Assembly: GCA_964452145.1 (NCBI GenBank)
Contig: CAYVLA010000015.1
Location: 1 to 43,542, forward strand
Length of the DNA: 43,542 nucleotides
Source: Candidatus Hadarchaeota archaeon
GTDB taxonomy: Archaea; CAYQAE01; CAYVLA01
Reading direction: 5' to 3'
Part shown: positions 9,857-18,778 of the stretch, in pieces
Numbering within the stretch: the first letter of the stretch is position 1
How the letters are laid out: the number at the start of each line of letters is the position of its first letter
Made by a program: the position numbers and the translations under genes
Notes under the pieces: generated by a model
What the model saw: only the letters and a program-made list of their open reading frames with translations
The model's database searches: none
Told to the model about the DNA's origin: nothing

Positions 9857-10025
9857 CAGGTCGGGAAAGGCGTACTTATTCTTCCACAATCCCCCCAAAC
9901 ACAATCCCCCCACCTTTCCCGACCTGAATTATGACCGCTGCCCACGGTGGAGTCTGCTTCGGGGTGTTCCGAGGTCGGCTCGGGTCGTTTCCGGGGGCAG
10001 CATGGTCTGGGGCTAATCTCAGCCC
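9857..10025 (+). ncRNA. Candidate structured ncRNA of unknown family
   Basis: Perfect 14-bp stem (9857-70/9913-26) with a 42-nt C/A-rich loop, second domain 9933-10007 with G-U pairs that work only on the + strand, terminal hairpin GGGCT/AGCCC (10010-25). Confidence 0.55.
9885..9912. repeat. Direct repeat CACAATCCCCCCA x2 (15-nt period) inside a 14-bp inverted repeat
   Basis: Exact 13-nt copies at 9885-9897 and 9900-9912. Confidence 0.95.
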
Positions 10026-10034
10026 GGGAACCAC

Positions 10035-11297
10035 CTACGGTATGAGTGTGAGATCCCCGGTGTATGCCGCCTCTAGGGTGGGCCTCATGAGCCTTTCGAC
10101 GTCGCCGGCGTCGGGATCCATTGGGGTCGGCATGTTCTGCAGCTTCATCTTGAGCTGGGGGTCCTTGGCCGCCTCGACCATCCTATCGATCCGATCCCGG
10201 GTTGCCCCTGCTTCCCTCAAAGTCGTTGGGAAGTCAATGCTCCTGGAGAACGCCACCATCGCCTTGGCCACCGCCTCGGCCAGGGGCCTCCCGGTTAGCT
10301 TGTCGGCTCCTTTGAGCCAGCCTGCCGCTTCGTAGATCGGCGCGATCCTCTTCAGCTGATCCTGTATGGAGGGTGAGAACAACACCGTATAGTACGGGTT
10401 CAGCACCGCACACCCTCTGCCGTGGGATAACAGATCGACTAGGGAGAAGCTGCCGAGGTGCCCACCGTTGGTACCGCCAAGCATTATGCTGTAGCCCCCA
10501 AGGTCGGTCGCCAGCCCCAGGGCGTATCTCGCCTCCATGTCGTTGCCGTTCCTGACCGCAGCAGGCAGGTTGTCGACCACCAGCTTGATGCCCAGGCAGG
10601 CCACCTCACTAACCTTGTCGTAGTTGGGCTTGCCCGTGGCACCCATCCAGACCTCCCAGCAGTGGGAGATGCCGTCCAGGGCCCCGTCCTTGGTGAAGCC
10701 GGGGGGCATGGTGCGGCTGACATCATACTGGTAGACGGATGCCCGGGGAACCACCGAGTCGTCCACGATCAGCTTCTTCTGGGCCGAGGTCAGCTCGGTT
10801 ATGTTGGCGTACTTGGTGAGATGGGCGCCCGAGCTGCTTGCAGTCTGAACGGCGACCAGCGGTATCTGTTTGCCACCGGATTTCTCGCTGACCTTACCGG
10901 TTCCGAAATAGTCATCGATGACCCCTCCGTACAGCCTCAGAACAAGTGAGGCCTTTGCAGCATCGATGGTGCTGCCTCCCCCCACCACGACCACGCCATC
11001 CGGATTACAACGCGTAACTTGATAGGCGATGCGATAAAGGTCCTCCCGTGGAGCATTTGCGCGCGCTCCATCGAACTGTTCAAGAATCTTGACCCAGGCA
11101 GATTCCAGAGAAGCCTCGATCTGTTTCATGGGTTCGCTGTCCTTCAAGTAGGTGTCGACGACCAGTGCAACCCGCCTTCCCAGCTTGGCCGCAGCATACG
11201 GGCCCACGCGCTTCAAAGCCCCATCGCCAAAGGCATAGTCATCGCCCTTGAAGCCCCTCAGCAGCTTCTCCGCCCTTTCGGCATCGTCTCTGTTCAA
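10035..11297 (-). CDS. Iron-containing alcohol dehydrogenase family protein
   Basis: VGGGSTIDAAK, VQTASSSGAH, DGISHCWE, GGH...LSHG metal ligands. Likely TTG start at 11297 after GGTGAGG (ORF extends to 11480, overlapping the upstream gene). Confidence 0.9.
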   Translation of the reverse strand: MNRDDAERAEKLLRGFKGDDYAFGDGALKRVGPYAAAKLGRRVALVVDTYLKDSEPMKQIEASLESAWVKILEQFDGARANAPREDLYRIAYQVTRCNPDGVVVVGGGSTIDAAKASLVLRLYGGVIDDYFGTGKVSEKSGGKQIPLVAVQTASSSGAHLTKYANITELTSAQKKLIVDDSVVPRASVYQYDVSRTMPPGFTKDGALDGISHCWEVWMGATGKPNYDKVSEVACLGIKLVVDNLPAAVRNGNDMEARYALGLATDLGGYSIMLGGTNGGHLGSFSLVDLLSHGRGCAVLNPYYTVLFSPSIQDQLKRIAPIYEAAGWLKGADKLTGRPLAEAVAKAMVAFSRSIDFPTTLREAGATRDRIDRMVEAAKDPQLKMKLQNMPTPMDPDAGDVERLMRPTLEAAYTGDLTLIP

Positions 11298-11359
11298 AGC
11301 CTCACCTTGGACCAGATCCCGGCCCAACTCTCTTAAATGATGCCACGGGGGCACGGGGC

Positions 11360-14125
11360 CTACCCGCAATCTGAGGGATGGACCCACTCCGTCATCATCC
11401 TCTCCAAGAGATCCCCGATCCGTTCCCTGGCGCGCAGCAGAACTGAAGGATCCTGGGTGTAGCGCGTCAGATCGATGCACACCTCAGGAGGAACGGCGAT
11501 CAGAGCAATCGCCTCCTCCACAAGCCCTGATGCGCGTGCACCCAGGTCTACGGACAGCTTCTCGGCCTGCCGTCTGAGCATTGAGAGCATCTCAAAGTCC
11601 TCGATCCCGTGGCGCACGCACTCCAAACGTACGGAACTGAGTGGGCCGCCGTCGGGGCCGGGGTAGATCAACTGCCCGTCCCCATTGGTGGCGGTCGGAC
11701 CCGTGTAGGTGTTCCAAGGCACCTCTGGCCATCGTGCTCCGCTCTCGATGGCCTGCCTATCCCGGGGATCTGGCAAGGCTGCACCCTCCCTTTCCATGCT
11801 GGCCAGTCCAACGCAGTTGCTCGACCATAGGTTGATGCAGTAATAGAGGAAGCCGGTTACGCCATACTTCCATGTCTGCCATAAGAGGATCCTGTGGTCG
11901 ATTGCGGGGTAGTCGACGAACATGTTGGCGAAGGGGTGTCGGGGCCACATGCTGACGTACCACCACACCTCCTCGCCCAGGGCCTGCCTCTCCTCGTAGG
12001 CGGAGTCGAACCTGTCGGTCTGGGGTATCCAGATATCCACGGTCCCGAAAATTTCGGGAAGTTCGTGCTCGGGGCCAACCGTACACCCCCTAGGCAGGTC
12101 GGGATATGCTTCCTTGACCTTGCGATAGGCCTCCTTGAGCTCGGGATAGCCCGCCGGGATCACCTCATCGAAACCGTAGACATAGGCCCACTTGAGCCAG
12201 CCTCTTCTCCGAAGAAACTCGACCGTGGGCCTCAGGCCATCGACCCATTCATCGACCTTCTCTTTCGGCAGATAGCCCATGGAGATGACGTTGGACCCCG
12301 CGTTCATGACCCCGTCCATGTCCTCAATCCTGGGTCGGGGCTCCTCCTCGTACTGACAGGATGGGCTGATGTGCCTGCGGAGAAGGAAGTCATAGTAGAG
12401 CCAGCGTTGTCTGGGGGTCAAGGGCCTGCCATAGAAATCCTCAATCTCCTTCTCAAAAATGGGGAAGGCGGTCCGCAGGGACGGCCTGGCGGGAAGATCG
12501 AAGTCCCACACCCTGAGGGCAACGGGCATTCTCAAACACTCCTTGCCGGAGTGGACGATTTCGACGATGCCTTCGTACGTGCCCGCGGCGGCGCTCCGAG
12601 GCACGCTGATTGTCATCCACAGTACTTCGAATCCCCCCTTGCCGACGCTGAAGGATTCAAGGGGCAGAAGAGGATCGGGGTGAGGCCCGATGTACTCAAC
12701 GATGTACCTGGGTCGCCGCGTAGTCACGTATCCGACCCTCCAGGTCTCCACCGCTTCCGGGCCGATCGTGGATCCCCCGGGACCAGATAGGGGACGGACC
12801 CGTGCGATGCAGTCGGTGAGGTCCTGATCGAAGGCGATGAGAATGAGCTGGGCAGAGTCAGAGCCGCCTCTCGGCGCCTTGAGATCGATACGCTTGGACA
12901 GCGCGTCGGGGAGCGGCAGCTCTGTGTAGATCTTGACAAGCGAGTTCGTGCCTAGAATTGCCGCTGGCGCGCTTTGATCCGGCAGCCTAGACCTGTGTGC
13001 CAGCATGGCCACGCTGCGTTCCATCTGCGTCAAGTGACATTCCGTGTCCTGCCATCGGCCTGCGTTGCGTTCGGCTGTCGCAAGAGCCTTCTCAACTTCG
13101 GTCAGTTCGGCGCAGAGACCCCGGGCCTGCCCGGCGATGATGGCGCTACGGCTTCGTGTGAGTTCGCCCAGCTTCCGGTGCAGCTCCACAATGCGGGGGC
13201 CCAGAACGGCGCAGCCTGTTCCCCGGGGCCACCTCGCGACGGTGGTACCTCCCTCTTCCTCTGCAGAGAGAATAACCATCCCGCCATCCGGGAGCACGAA
13301 GTCCAGTTCCAGCAATTTCCGGCTCCCAGCCTCCACGCTGCATCGCCTGCGCGCAAGGATGCGCCCACTCTGGCTCGCGACCACCTCGATGCCTGATACC
13401 GTCTTCCCCAGGTTCCTCAGATCAAAGCGCGAACGGTTGGGCCCCGGCGAGAGATCGCAGTCCACAACCGATCCACAGATCCCCATTCCGCCGAAGACCA
13501 CCTCTCCGTATCGTTCCGGAATGTCGATCCTGCCTACATACATAACCGACCAGGACGAATTGTCCTCCTGACGTTTGTACAGGTAGCGGAAGATGTTCAT
13601 ACGCCAAATGGCCCCGGGTTCTGGGCACTCCGATCCCAGGAGCGAGAACGGGATCCTGACCGCGAAGCTCCAGCCCTGCTCGTCGATCCTCTGCTTGATG
13701 ATGCCGCCCTTCCCCCACCAACCATGGGGCGCACCTTCGCCTCCGGCATCGATCACCATGACGCGGTCGGGTCTAAGACGAATGCGGTACCACCTCCGTT
13801 TATCTGGGGCGGGATTCAGAACGATCTGAAGCTGTTCATGCTGCACCTGATCCTCGACAACGTCCGTCCTGCCGTGGGTCGGCTTGGAGAGTCTGCCCGC
13901 CATGACCAGTCCTTGGGGATCATAGGCAAGCCAGAAGCGAGCTTGGTCCGGGCTCCCGGACCCATCAAGGAAGTTGACGAGCGCCGGGATCTCGATCATG
14001 GACCCAAGCTGGGATGGGTTCGGTGGCAGACCCGGTACTGGGATCTCCGCCAACCGCGGAATCGTGATGCGTGGCAGCGGCGCATCGCGATATCGTGCCT
14101 CGACCGGGTGCGTGTAGCTCTTCAC
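11360..14125 (-). CDS. DUF4091/GH123-like glycoside hydrolase with an N-terminal CBM9-like sugar-binding domain
   Basis: WSFAVRIPFS..WRMNIFR (CBM9-like); PDPLLP, AGTYEG, VWDFDLP, YGFDE, WWY, GFLYY, NGDGQLIYPG, SVRLECVRHGIEDFE. Confidence 0.8.
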   Translation of the reverse strand: MKSYTHPVEARYRDAPLPRITIPRLAEIPVPGLPPNPSQLGSMIEIPALVNFLDGSGSPDQARFWLAYDPQGLVMAGRLSKPTHGRTDVVEDQVQHEQLQIVLNPAPDKRRWYRIRLRPDRVMVIDAGGEGAPHGWWGKGGIIKQRIDEQGWSFAVRIPFSLLGSECPEPGAIWRMNIFRYLYKRQEDNSSWSVMYVGRIDIPERYGEVVFGGMGICGSVVDCDLSPGPNRSRFDLRNLGKTVSGIEVVASQSGRILARRRCSVEAGSRKLLELDFVLPDGGMVILSAEEEGGTTVARWPRGTGCAVLGPRIVELHRKLGELTRSRSAIIAGQARGLCAELTEVEKALATAERNAGRWQDTECHLTQMERSVAMLAHRSRLPDQSAPAAILGTNSLVKIYTELPLPDALSKRIDLKAPRGGSDSAQLILIAFDQDLTDCIARVRPLSGPGGSTIGPEAVETWRVGYVTTRRPRYIVEYIGPHPDPLLPLESFSVGKGGFEVLWMTISVPRSAAAGTYEGIVEIVHSGKECLRMPVALRVWDFDLPARPSLRTAFPIFEKEIEDFYGRPLTPRQRWLYYDFLLRRHISPSCQYEEEPRPRIEDMDGVMNAGSNVISMGYLPKEKVDEWVDGLRPTVEFLRRRGWLKWAYVYGFDEVIPAGYPELKEAYRKVKEAYPDLPRGCTVGPEHELPEIFGTVDIWIPQTDRFDSAYEERQALGEEVWWYVSMWPRHPFANMFVDYPAIDHRILLWQTWKYGVTGFLYYCINLWSSNCVGLASMEREGAALPDPRDRQAIESGARWPEVPWNTYTGPTATNGDGQLIYPGPDGGPLSSVRLECVRHGIEDFEMLSMLRRQAEKLSVDLGARASGLVEEAIALIAVPPEVCIDLTRYTQDPSVLLRARERIGDLLERMMTEWVHPSDCG

Positions 14126-14140
14126 GCCGGTCGGTTGATC

Positions 14141-16501
14141 CTATGACCTAAAAATAGGGCTCCTGTATTCTTGCGCGCGCAAACCCCGGAAAAGGGCCAG
14201 CACTGCTAGGATGGACAGAGAGAACCACGATGATTCCGACAGAGGGAACCAGACCGAGTTGGAGTAGGCCCCCTTCAAGGTCAGCCAGGCTTGCTCGTTC
14301 TGGTACTCGGCGGGGTAGGCACAGTGAAAGTACTCGGACCAGGGGGACTCCGCCGGGAATCTGCCGCCCAACGTAAGGCAGTAGACCTGTGTCTGCGCAT
14401 GGCTCTTACCATTCAGCTCGCAGATCCACTCCGAAACGCCATCGCCATCCACATCCCCCCACCAGCCGCCGTTCTCGGCTCTTGCACCCACGCCTACGTG
14501 CTCATTCAGATAGTACGCTTCAAGCTCGCCCGTCGCCCCGTCGACAACGATCGGAAAGGGCGCAAGACAGAGCACTTCCTGCCGTCCATCTCCATCGATG
14601 TCCGCAATGACCTGATATGCCGACCAGTCCGTTGCCAAGGCGCCGGGCGGCAGCAACCCTTCCTCGCTCCATTGAGAGAAGTTGACTGCCCACTTCGTTA
14701 CCGGGACCTGCCCTCCCACATCTAGGCAGTACATCTTGCCCCAGGACATCACAACCATGTCAAGTGACCCGTCACCATCGACATCCCCCAAGGCCTGACA
14801 GATCCGGATGTTCCCCTCCATCGGGAGGGCCCACCTCCAAATCTCGGTCCCGGAATGGCTTAAGCATATCACCGCGCCGCTGGGCGAATCGTTCCAGATC
14901 AGTGCCTCATACTCACCATCCCGGTTGACATCCGCGACAATGACGGGGCCGCTCTTGATGTTTCCGCGCGTGTCGTACCTCCACAGCTCGGCCCCGGAAT
15001 CTGCGGATATGCAGTACACATAGTGATCATGGCTGCCCCAGAGGATCTCGTATCGGCCGTCACGGTTGATGTCGCAGATGGTGGCATGGCCGCCATTCGC
15101 GTGTCCGGCTTGACGCCAGGTCCAGACCAGCTGGCCGTTGTGGTTGACGCGGTGGACGAAGCCAGCCTCGTCGGTCATGAAGAATTCGACGAACCCATCG
15201 CCGTCCACATCATACGCCTGCGGAGCGCCGTACATGGCGGTGCCCGGAACAGGGTTGTCCCAGACCCAGACGATGTGCCCATCGCCATCCAGAACGTGAA
15301 GCCTGCCTCCTCTTCCTGCTAGGCAAAGCTCATGGACCCCGTCCCGATTCACATCGACCAAGGAAACCTTGCTCACAGGGTCCCCGGGCAGTCCATCCTG
15401 ATCCAGGGGAGGATAGATCCACTCGAGACGAGCATCGGCCCCGAAGCACCACAGCCTCTTGCTATGACCCCTTCTCGTCCCGAACAGTATCTCCTTCGTT
15501 CCATCGCCATCCACATCCCAGACCGTCTGACAACCCTGATGGCCGGCTCCATACGTCATGCCCGAGAACACATCGCTGGTGTTGATGTACCACCTGCAGC
15601 TGAGCACAGGGATGTATGATGCTGCCAATCTGAACTTCACGATCTCGGCATCAACGATCACGCCGTCCGTAACGCTAACCGTAAGCTCATGATCGCCATC
15701 GGGCACCGACAGCCAGGTGAGGCTCCTATCGACCTCGATCGGGGAGAACGAATACCTGGTACCGTTTCCCTCCAGTATGGTCCGACCGTCCAATGTAACC
15801 GACCAGTTGATCGTCCTCGGGTGGTAGCTGGTGTCCACGACGTAGAACTTCACGTGCCAGAGATTCGCTACGGTGCGGCCCGCAGGGGGACCCTCGATGG
15901 TTATCATGGACGTTGGCTCAGGCCGACCTTCTGAGGAGATGTTGAGGCTGGCGACGATGCCACCGAACCCAATGCTCAGCTTGGACATGCTGTCGAAGAC
16001 GTGCTTGGGCAATTCGAAGATCAACCAACCTGCCAAGCTGCTGTGCGCAGGTACCTCGACTGCTGGATGATTCCAGACGTAGTACTTGTAGGTCGCATAG
16101 TTGTGAGTGGCGTGGAGTTTTGACCAGGAACTGTAGTAGAGAGATCTGGTGTATTGGCCGTCCACCTCAACCCATGAGCCGGCAGGCAGGATCCGCTTGG
16201 TCTCATTGCCAACGTTGTGGAATCTGACCCAGACGATGATCTCTCGCCTTCCCAGAACATCCCCAACGGCAGGAATCTCAAGTCTCGCATCCTGACCAAC
16301 GTGAATCGTCCCACCAAAGGTGTGGTTCATGTACTGGGGTGGCCATCCAGCAGATTCTCCTCGGCAAAGGGGGAGACTACCGAGCAGCGCGCCAATGCAA
16401 AGGCCGAGGACAACACAGCCCGCTGGCCCGAGACCCCTGGTCATAGACCCCTGTCGTGCAAGGTGCTTCCCAGATAAAACAGTTGCGATCCCGGATGCCA
16501 A
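14141..16501 (-). CDS. Secreted FG-GAP/VCBS-repeat beta-propeller surface protein with Ig-like N-terminal domains and a C-terminal anchor
   Basis: Signal peptide; about 8 DxDGDG/DxNRDG repeats; C-terminal FPLSE + hydrophobic helix + R. Real start may be ATG 16444. Confidence 0.85.
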   Translation of the reverse strand: MASGIATVLSGKHLARQGSMTRGLGPAGCVVLGLCIGALLGSLPLCRGESAGWPPQYMNHTFGGTIHVGQDARLEIPAVGDVLGRREIIVWVRFHNVGNETKRILPAGSWVEVDGQYTRSLYYSSWSKLHATHNYATYKYYVWNHPAVEVPAHSSLAGWLIFELPKHVFDSMSKLSIGFGGIVASLNISSEGRPEPTSMITIEGPPAGRTVANLWHVKFYVVDTSYHPRTINWSVTLDGRTILEGNGTRYSFSPIEVDRSLTWLSVPDGDHELTVSVTDGVIVDAEIVKFRLAASYIPVLSCRWYINTSDVFSGMTYGAGHQGCQTVWDVDGDGTKEILFGTRRGHSKRLWCFGADARLEWIYPPLDQDGLPGDPVSKVSLVDVNRDGVHELCLAGRGGRLHVLDGDGHIVWVWDNPVPGTAMYGAPQAYDVDGDGFVEFFMTDEAGFVHRVNHNGQLVWTWRQAGHANGGHATICDINRDGRYEILWGSHDHYVYCISADSGAELWRYDTRGNIKSGPVIVADVNRDGEYEALIWNDSPSGAVICLSHSGTEIWRWALPMEGNIRICQALGDVDGDGSLDMVVMSWGKMYCLDVGGQVPVTKWAVNFSQWSEEGLLPPGALATDWSAYQVIADIDGDGRQEVLCLAPFPIVVDGATGELEAYYLNEHVGVGARAENGGWWGDVDGDGVSEWICELNGKSHAQTQVYCLTLGGRFPAESPWSEYFHCAYPAEYQNEQAWLTLKGAYSNSVWFPLSESSWFSLSILAVLALFRGLRAQEYRSPIFRS

Positions 16502-16891
16502 TCACCTGTGATCGGCCCACTTGAGCCAAGGCAAGAGTCCATATCGCTGGGTTGGCATGGTCAACGAGCCCCGCTACAACCTACACTGACCGCGGGGGCG
16601 GATCCCGCACGCCTAGGATGCCTCGGGAGTTGGCCCCCGTCCCGATTCAAATCGACCGGGGACACCTTGCTCATAGGGTCGCCGGGCAGTCCGTCCTGAT
16701 CCATGGGCGGATAGATCCATTCAAAGCCTCCGTCTGCGTCGAAGCACCACAGCCTCCTGCTGGCACCCCTCCTCGTCCCGAACACTATCTCGTTCGTTCC
16801 GTCCCCATCGACGTCCCACACGGTCTGACAGCCCTGATGTCCCGCGCCAAACGTCATGCCCGAGAACACTGCACTGGTGTTGATGGCCCAC
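15337..16891. repeat. Diverged ~257-bp direct repeat (15337-15593 and 16635-16891)
   Basis: Ungapped alignment at offset 1298 with many third-position differences. Confidence 0.85.
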
Positions 16892-17001
16892 TTCAGGCCG
16901 ATCTCGGCCACCGGCCCTTCACACACTGCGGCCCCGAGCAGGATGCCTGCCCATACACAGAGAACTACACGGTCGCTCCTCCGTGACCTCAGTTCTGACA
17001 C
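16561..17001 (-). pseudogene. Truncated paralog of the downstream FG-GAP protein
   Basis: Signal peptide plus WAINTSAVFSGMTFGAGHQGCQTVWDVDGDG...VDLNRDG, closely matching the neighbour, then unrelated sequence and a stop. Confidence 0.8.
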
Positions 17002-17137
17002 CCCACTCTCACTCAGTTCCGTTGGGATTCAAGTCCCACTCATCCTGCCTCCGCTTCCTGCTTCCCGCTGAACGCCGGCATCGACTTCTGGCAGATGCTC
17101 ATAGGAAGAGGCCGAACGGCAACAACAGCTTCACTAA

Positions 17138-17875
17138 TCAACCGCCGCGGGCTGGTTTCCCGACAACGCTCATGTAGAGGACGCTTTCCCGGTCTCCATC
17201 CACCCCAAGCAGCGCGTTCACCTCGTCGTCGTAGAGGGCACCGATCTGGCAGCTTCCGAGCCCCAAGCCCACTGCTGCCAGAGCCAGGTTCTGGGCGATG
17301 TGCCCGGCGTCCAGGTAGACATACCTGTAGGCCCTCTGTCCGTATTTCCACTTGCACCGCTCAAAGATCCCGGTCCAAATGAGAACCAGCGGGGCATAAT
17401 ATGCCATGTCCTGATCTAGGGCGGATCGGCTGGCTTCCTCTCGGAAATCCCCCTCTCTGATCAGCTCCAAGCCATGGCCCGGAACCCAGTAGTGGTAGAC
17501 GCCGGAGGGAATGCCCTCCACGGCGCTTACAGCCGCATAGGTTTCCACCGGGTAGAGCGCGCCCGCCGAAGGCGTGGACCTGAACTCACGGCCCCGCCCA
17601 CGATCCGTGATCCCTTGGCATGCCCAAAGAAGCTGGGAAACCTCGGCCAAAGTCAGGGCTTGATCGCTGAACTCCCGAACCGACCTGCGCCCCGCCATGG
17701 CGGTCCAGAGCGGCAAGCCTCCATCGAACCTGGGCGAGGGCAGGCTCAACCTCCGTCGGTCGGCATATTGCTTATAGGCATCGGGCCGGCTTGCCCAATC
17801 CAGGCCGCCGCATGGAAGGCGACCCCTTCGATACTTGCTCCTCCTCTGAAACTGATCGCCGAAATCATCAGTCAC
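17138..17875 (-). CDS. SagB/ThcOx family nitroreductase-like dehydrogenase
   Basis: RRSVREF, RSTPSAGALYPVETY, KYGQRAYRY..LDAGHIAQN, IGALYDD. Confidence 0.92.
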   Translation of the reverse strand: MTDDFGDQFQRRSKYRRGRLPCGGLDWASRPDAYKQYADRRRLSLPSPRFDGGLPLWTAMAGRRSVREFSDQALTLAEVSQLLWACQGITDRGRGREFRSTPSAGALYPVETYAAVSAVEGIPSGVYHYWVPGHGLELIREGDFREEASRSALDQDMAYYAPLVLIWTGIFERCKWKYGQRAYRYVYLDAGHIAQNLALAAVGLGLGSCQIGALYDDEVNALLGVDGDRESVLYMSVVGKPARGG

Positions 17876-17917
17876 GATCCCACCTCATCGATGCTGATAC
17901 ACTCTTTAGCGCCTCAA

Positions 17918-17924
17918 TTTATAT
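17918..17924. promoter_or_regulatory. TATA-box-like element between divergent genes
   Basis: TTTATAT in a GC-rich context between starts at 17875 (-) and 17988 (+). Confidence 0.45.
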
Positions 17925-17987
17925 GATGAGACCTGAGGACTCCTTGGCTGAGGGCCTTCGGGCGACCGCTTTCGAAGGGGGATCGGT

Positions 17988-18755
17988 ATGAAGGTTGACG
18001 AGCTTGCTGGAAGAGTGGCCTACCTAGATGGGAAGCCTTTTGGAGGGGTGTGGAACCTCTACCTGCCCAAGCACGGACAGCAGATACTGGGCATAATCGT
18101 CAGCAAAGGATTCAGGTCCAAGCCCGTGAAGAGGGGGCTCTTCGTATTTGAGGGAAGACGTTACGTCCTGCGCCCGGAAGCTGCGGGGTCGTCCTGGAAG
18201 CCGCAGCGCGGCCATGCCGTGAAATCCTCCAGCGTGAGGGACAAGGAGGTCTTCGCCGGACCGGGCTGGAGGATTGGCAGGCTCAGCTCTCTGGAGATCG
18301 ATACCGAGAAATGGGTCGTCACCAGCCTTGAGGTGGATGTTGAGCATCAGCTGCTCATGAGGGATGTCGGCCAGTACTCGAAGCTGGGCGAGGCGAGGTC
18401 GGTATACGGCTTCAAACACTTCTACAAGGATGCCTACTCGTTCAAGCCCGGAAAGATCGTGGCCGAGATGAAGGACTCCCAGAAGGCCCGCTTCCTGACC
18501 GACTCGGGTGACAGCACGATCCGGGGCTTGGGCGAGGCCATCTCGAGGATCGCGCTTCCAGCCCAGGGAATGGCGGTCGACGAGAGCGGGACCATCACGC
18601 TGCCCATAGATGCAAGGGAAATCGAATCCATGGCCATCGAGAAGGTCAGCGGCGGGGCACTGGAGACCGAGGAGGGCAGAAGGAACATCGTCCGGAAGAT
18701 CTTCGAGGAATACTATGAGAAACGGGGTGCAAGGACCCCCCCTCATGAAGTGTGA
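17988..18755 (+). CDS. Hypothetical protein with two PRC-barrel-like segments
   Basis: ELAGRVAYLDGKPFGGVWNLYL...ILGIIV and SVRDKEVFAGPGWRIGRLSSLEIDTEKWVVTSLEV fit the PRC-barrel pattern. Confidence 0.6.
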   Translation: MKVDELAGRVAYLDGKPFGGVWNLYLPKHGQQILGIIVSKGFRSKPVKRGLFVFEGRRYVLRPEAAGSSWKPQRGHAVKSSSVRDKEVFAGPGWRIGRLSSLEIDTEKWVVTSLEVDVEHQLLMRDVGQYSKLGEARSVYGFKHFYKDAYSFKPGKIVAEMKDSQKARFLTDSGDSTIRGLGEAISRIALPAQGMAVDESGTITLPIDAREIESMAIEKVSGGALETEEGRRNIVRKIFEEYYEKRGARTPPHEV

Positions 18756-18778
18756 TCCCGAGGCAACTCGGCCGATCT

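Noticed and set aside
9885..9912. CRISPR or mini-array
   Set aside because: Two 13-nt copies with a 2-nt spacer and no cas genes
9857..9926. 70-bp MITE with 14-bp terminal inverted repeats
   Set aside because: Only a 2-nt AA flank, a single copy in the window, no transposase, and it sits among other hairpins behind a promoter. A genome-wide copy search is still needed.
9760..10016. Small ORFs across the structured region (minus-strand WGDCVWGDCG; plus-strand HNPPKHNPP) as peptide/RiPP precursors
   Set aside because: The peptide repeats follow trivially from a 15-nt period, there are no convincing SD sites, and the perfect 14-bp inverted repeat and strand-specific G-U pairs fit RNA structure better. 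Not fully excluded.
17020..17040. tRNA T-arm-like GGGATTCAAGTCCCAC as a possible att-site remnant
   Set aside because: Has an extra base relative to the GTTC consensus, no other tRNA arms, and no integrase nearby
17138..17875. SagB-like gene as part of a TOMM/RiPP cluster
   Set aside because: No YcaO or precursor nearby; stand-alone SagB-type nitroreductases are common in anaerobic archaea
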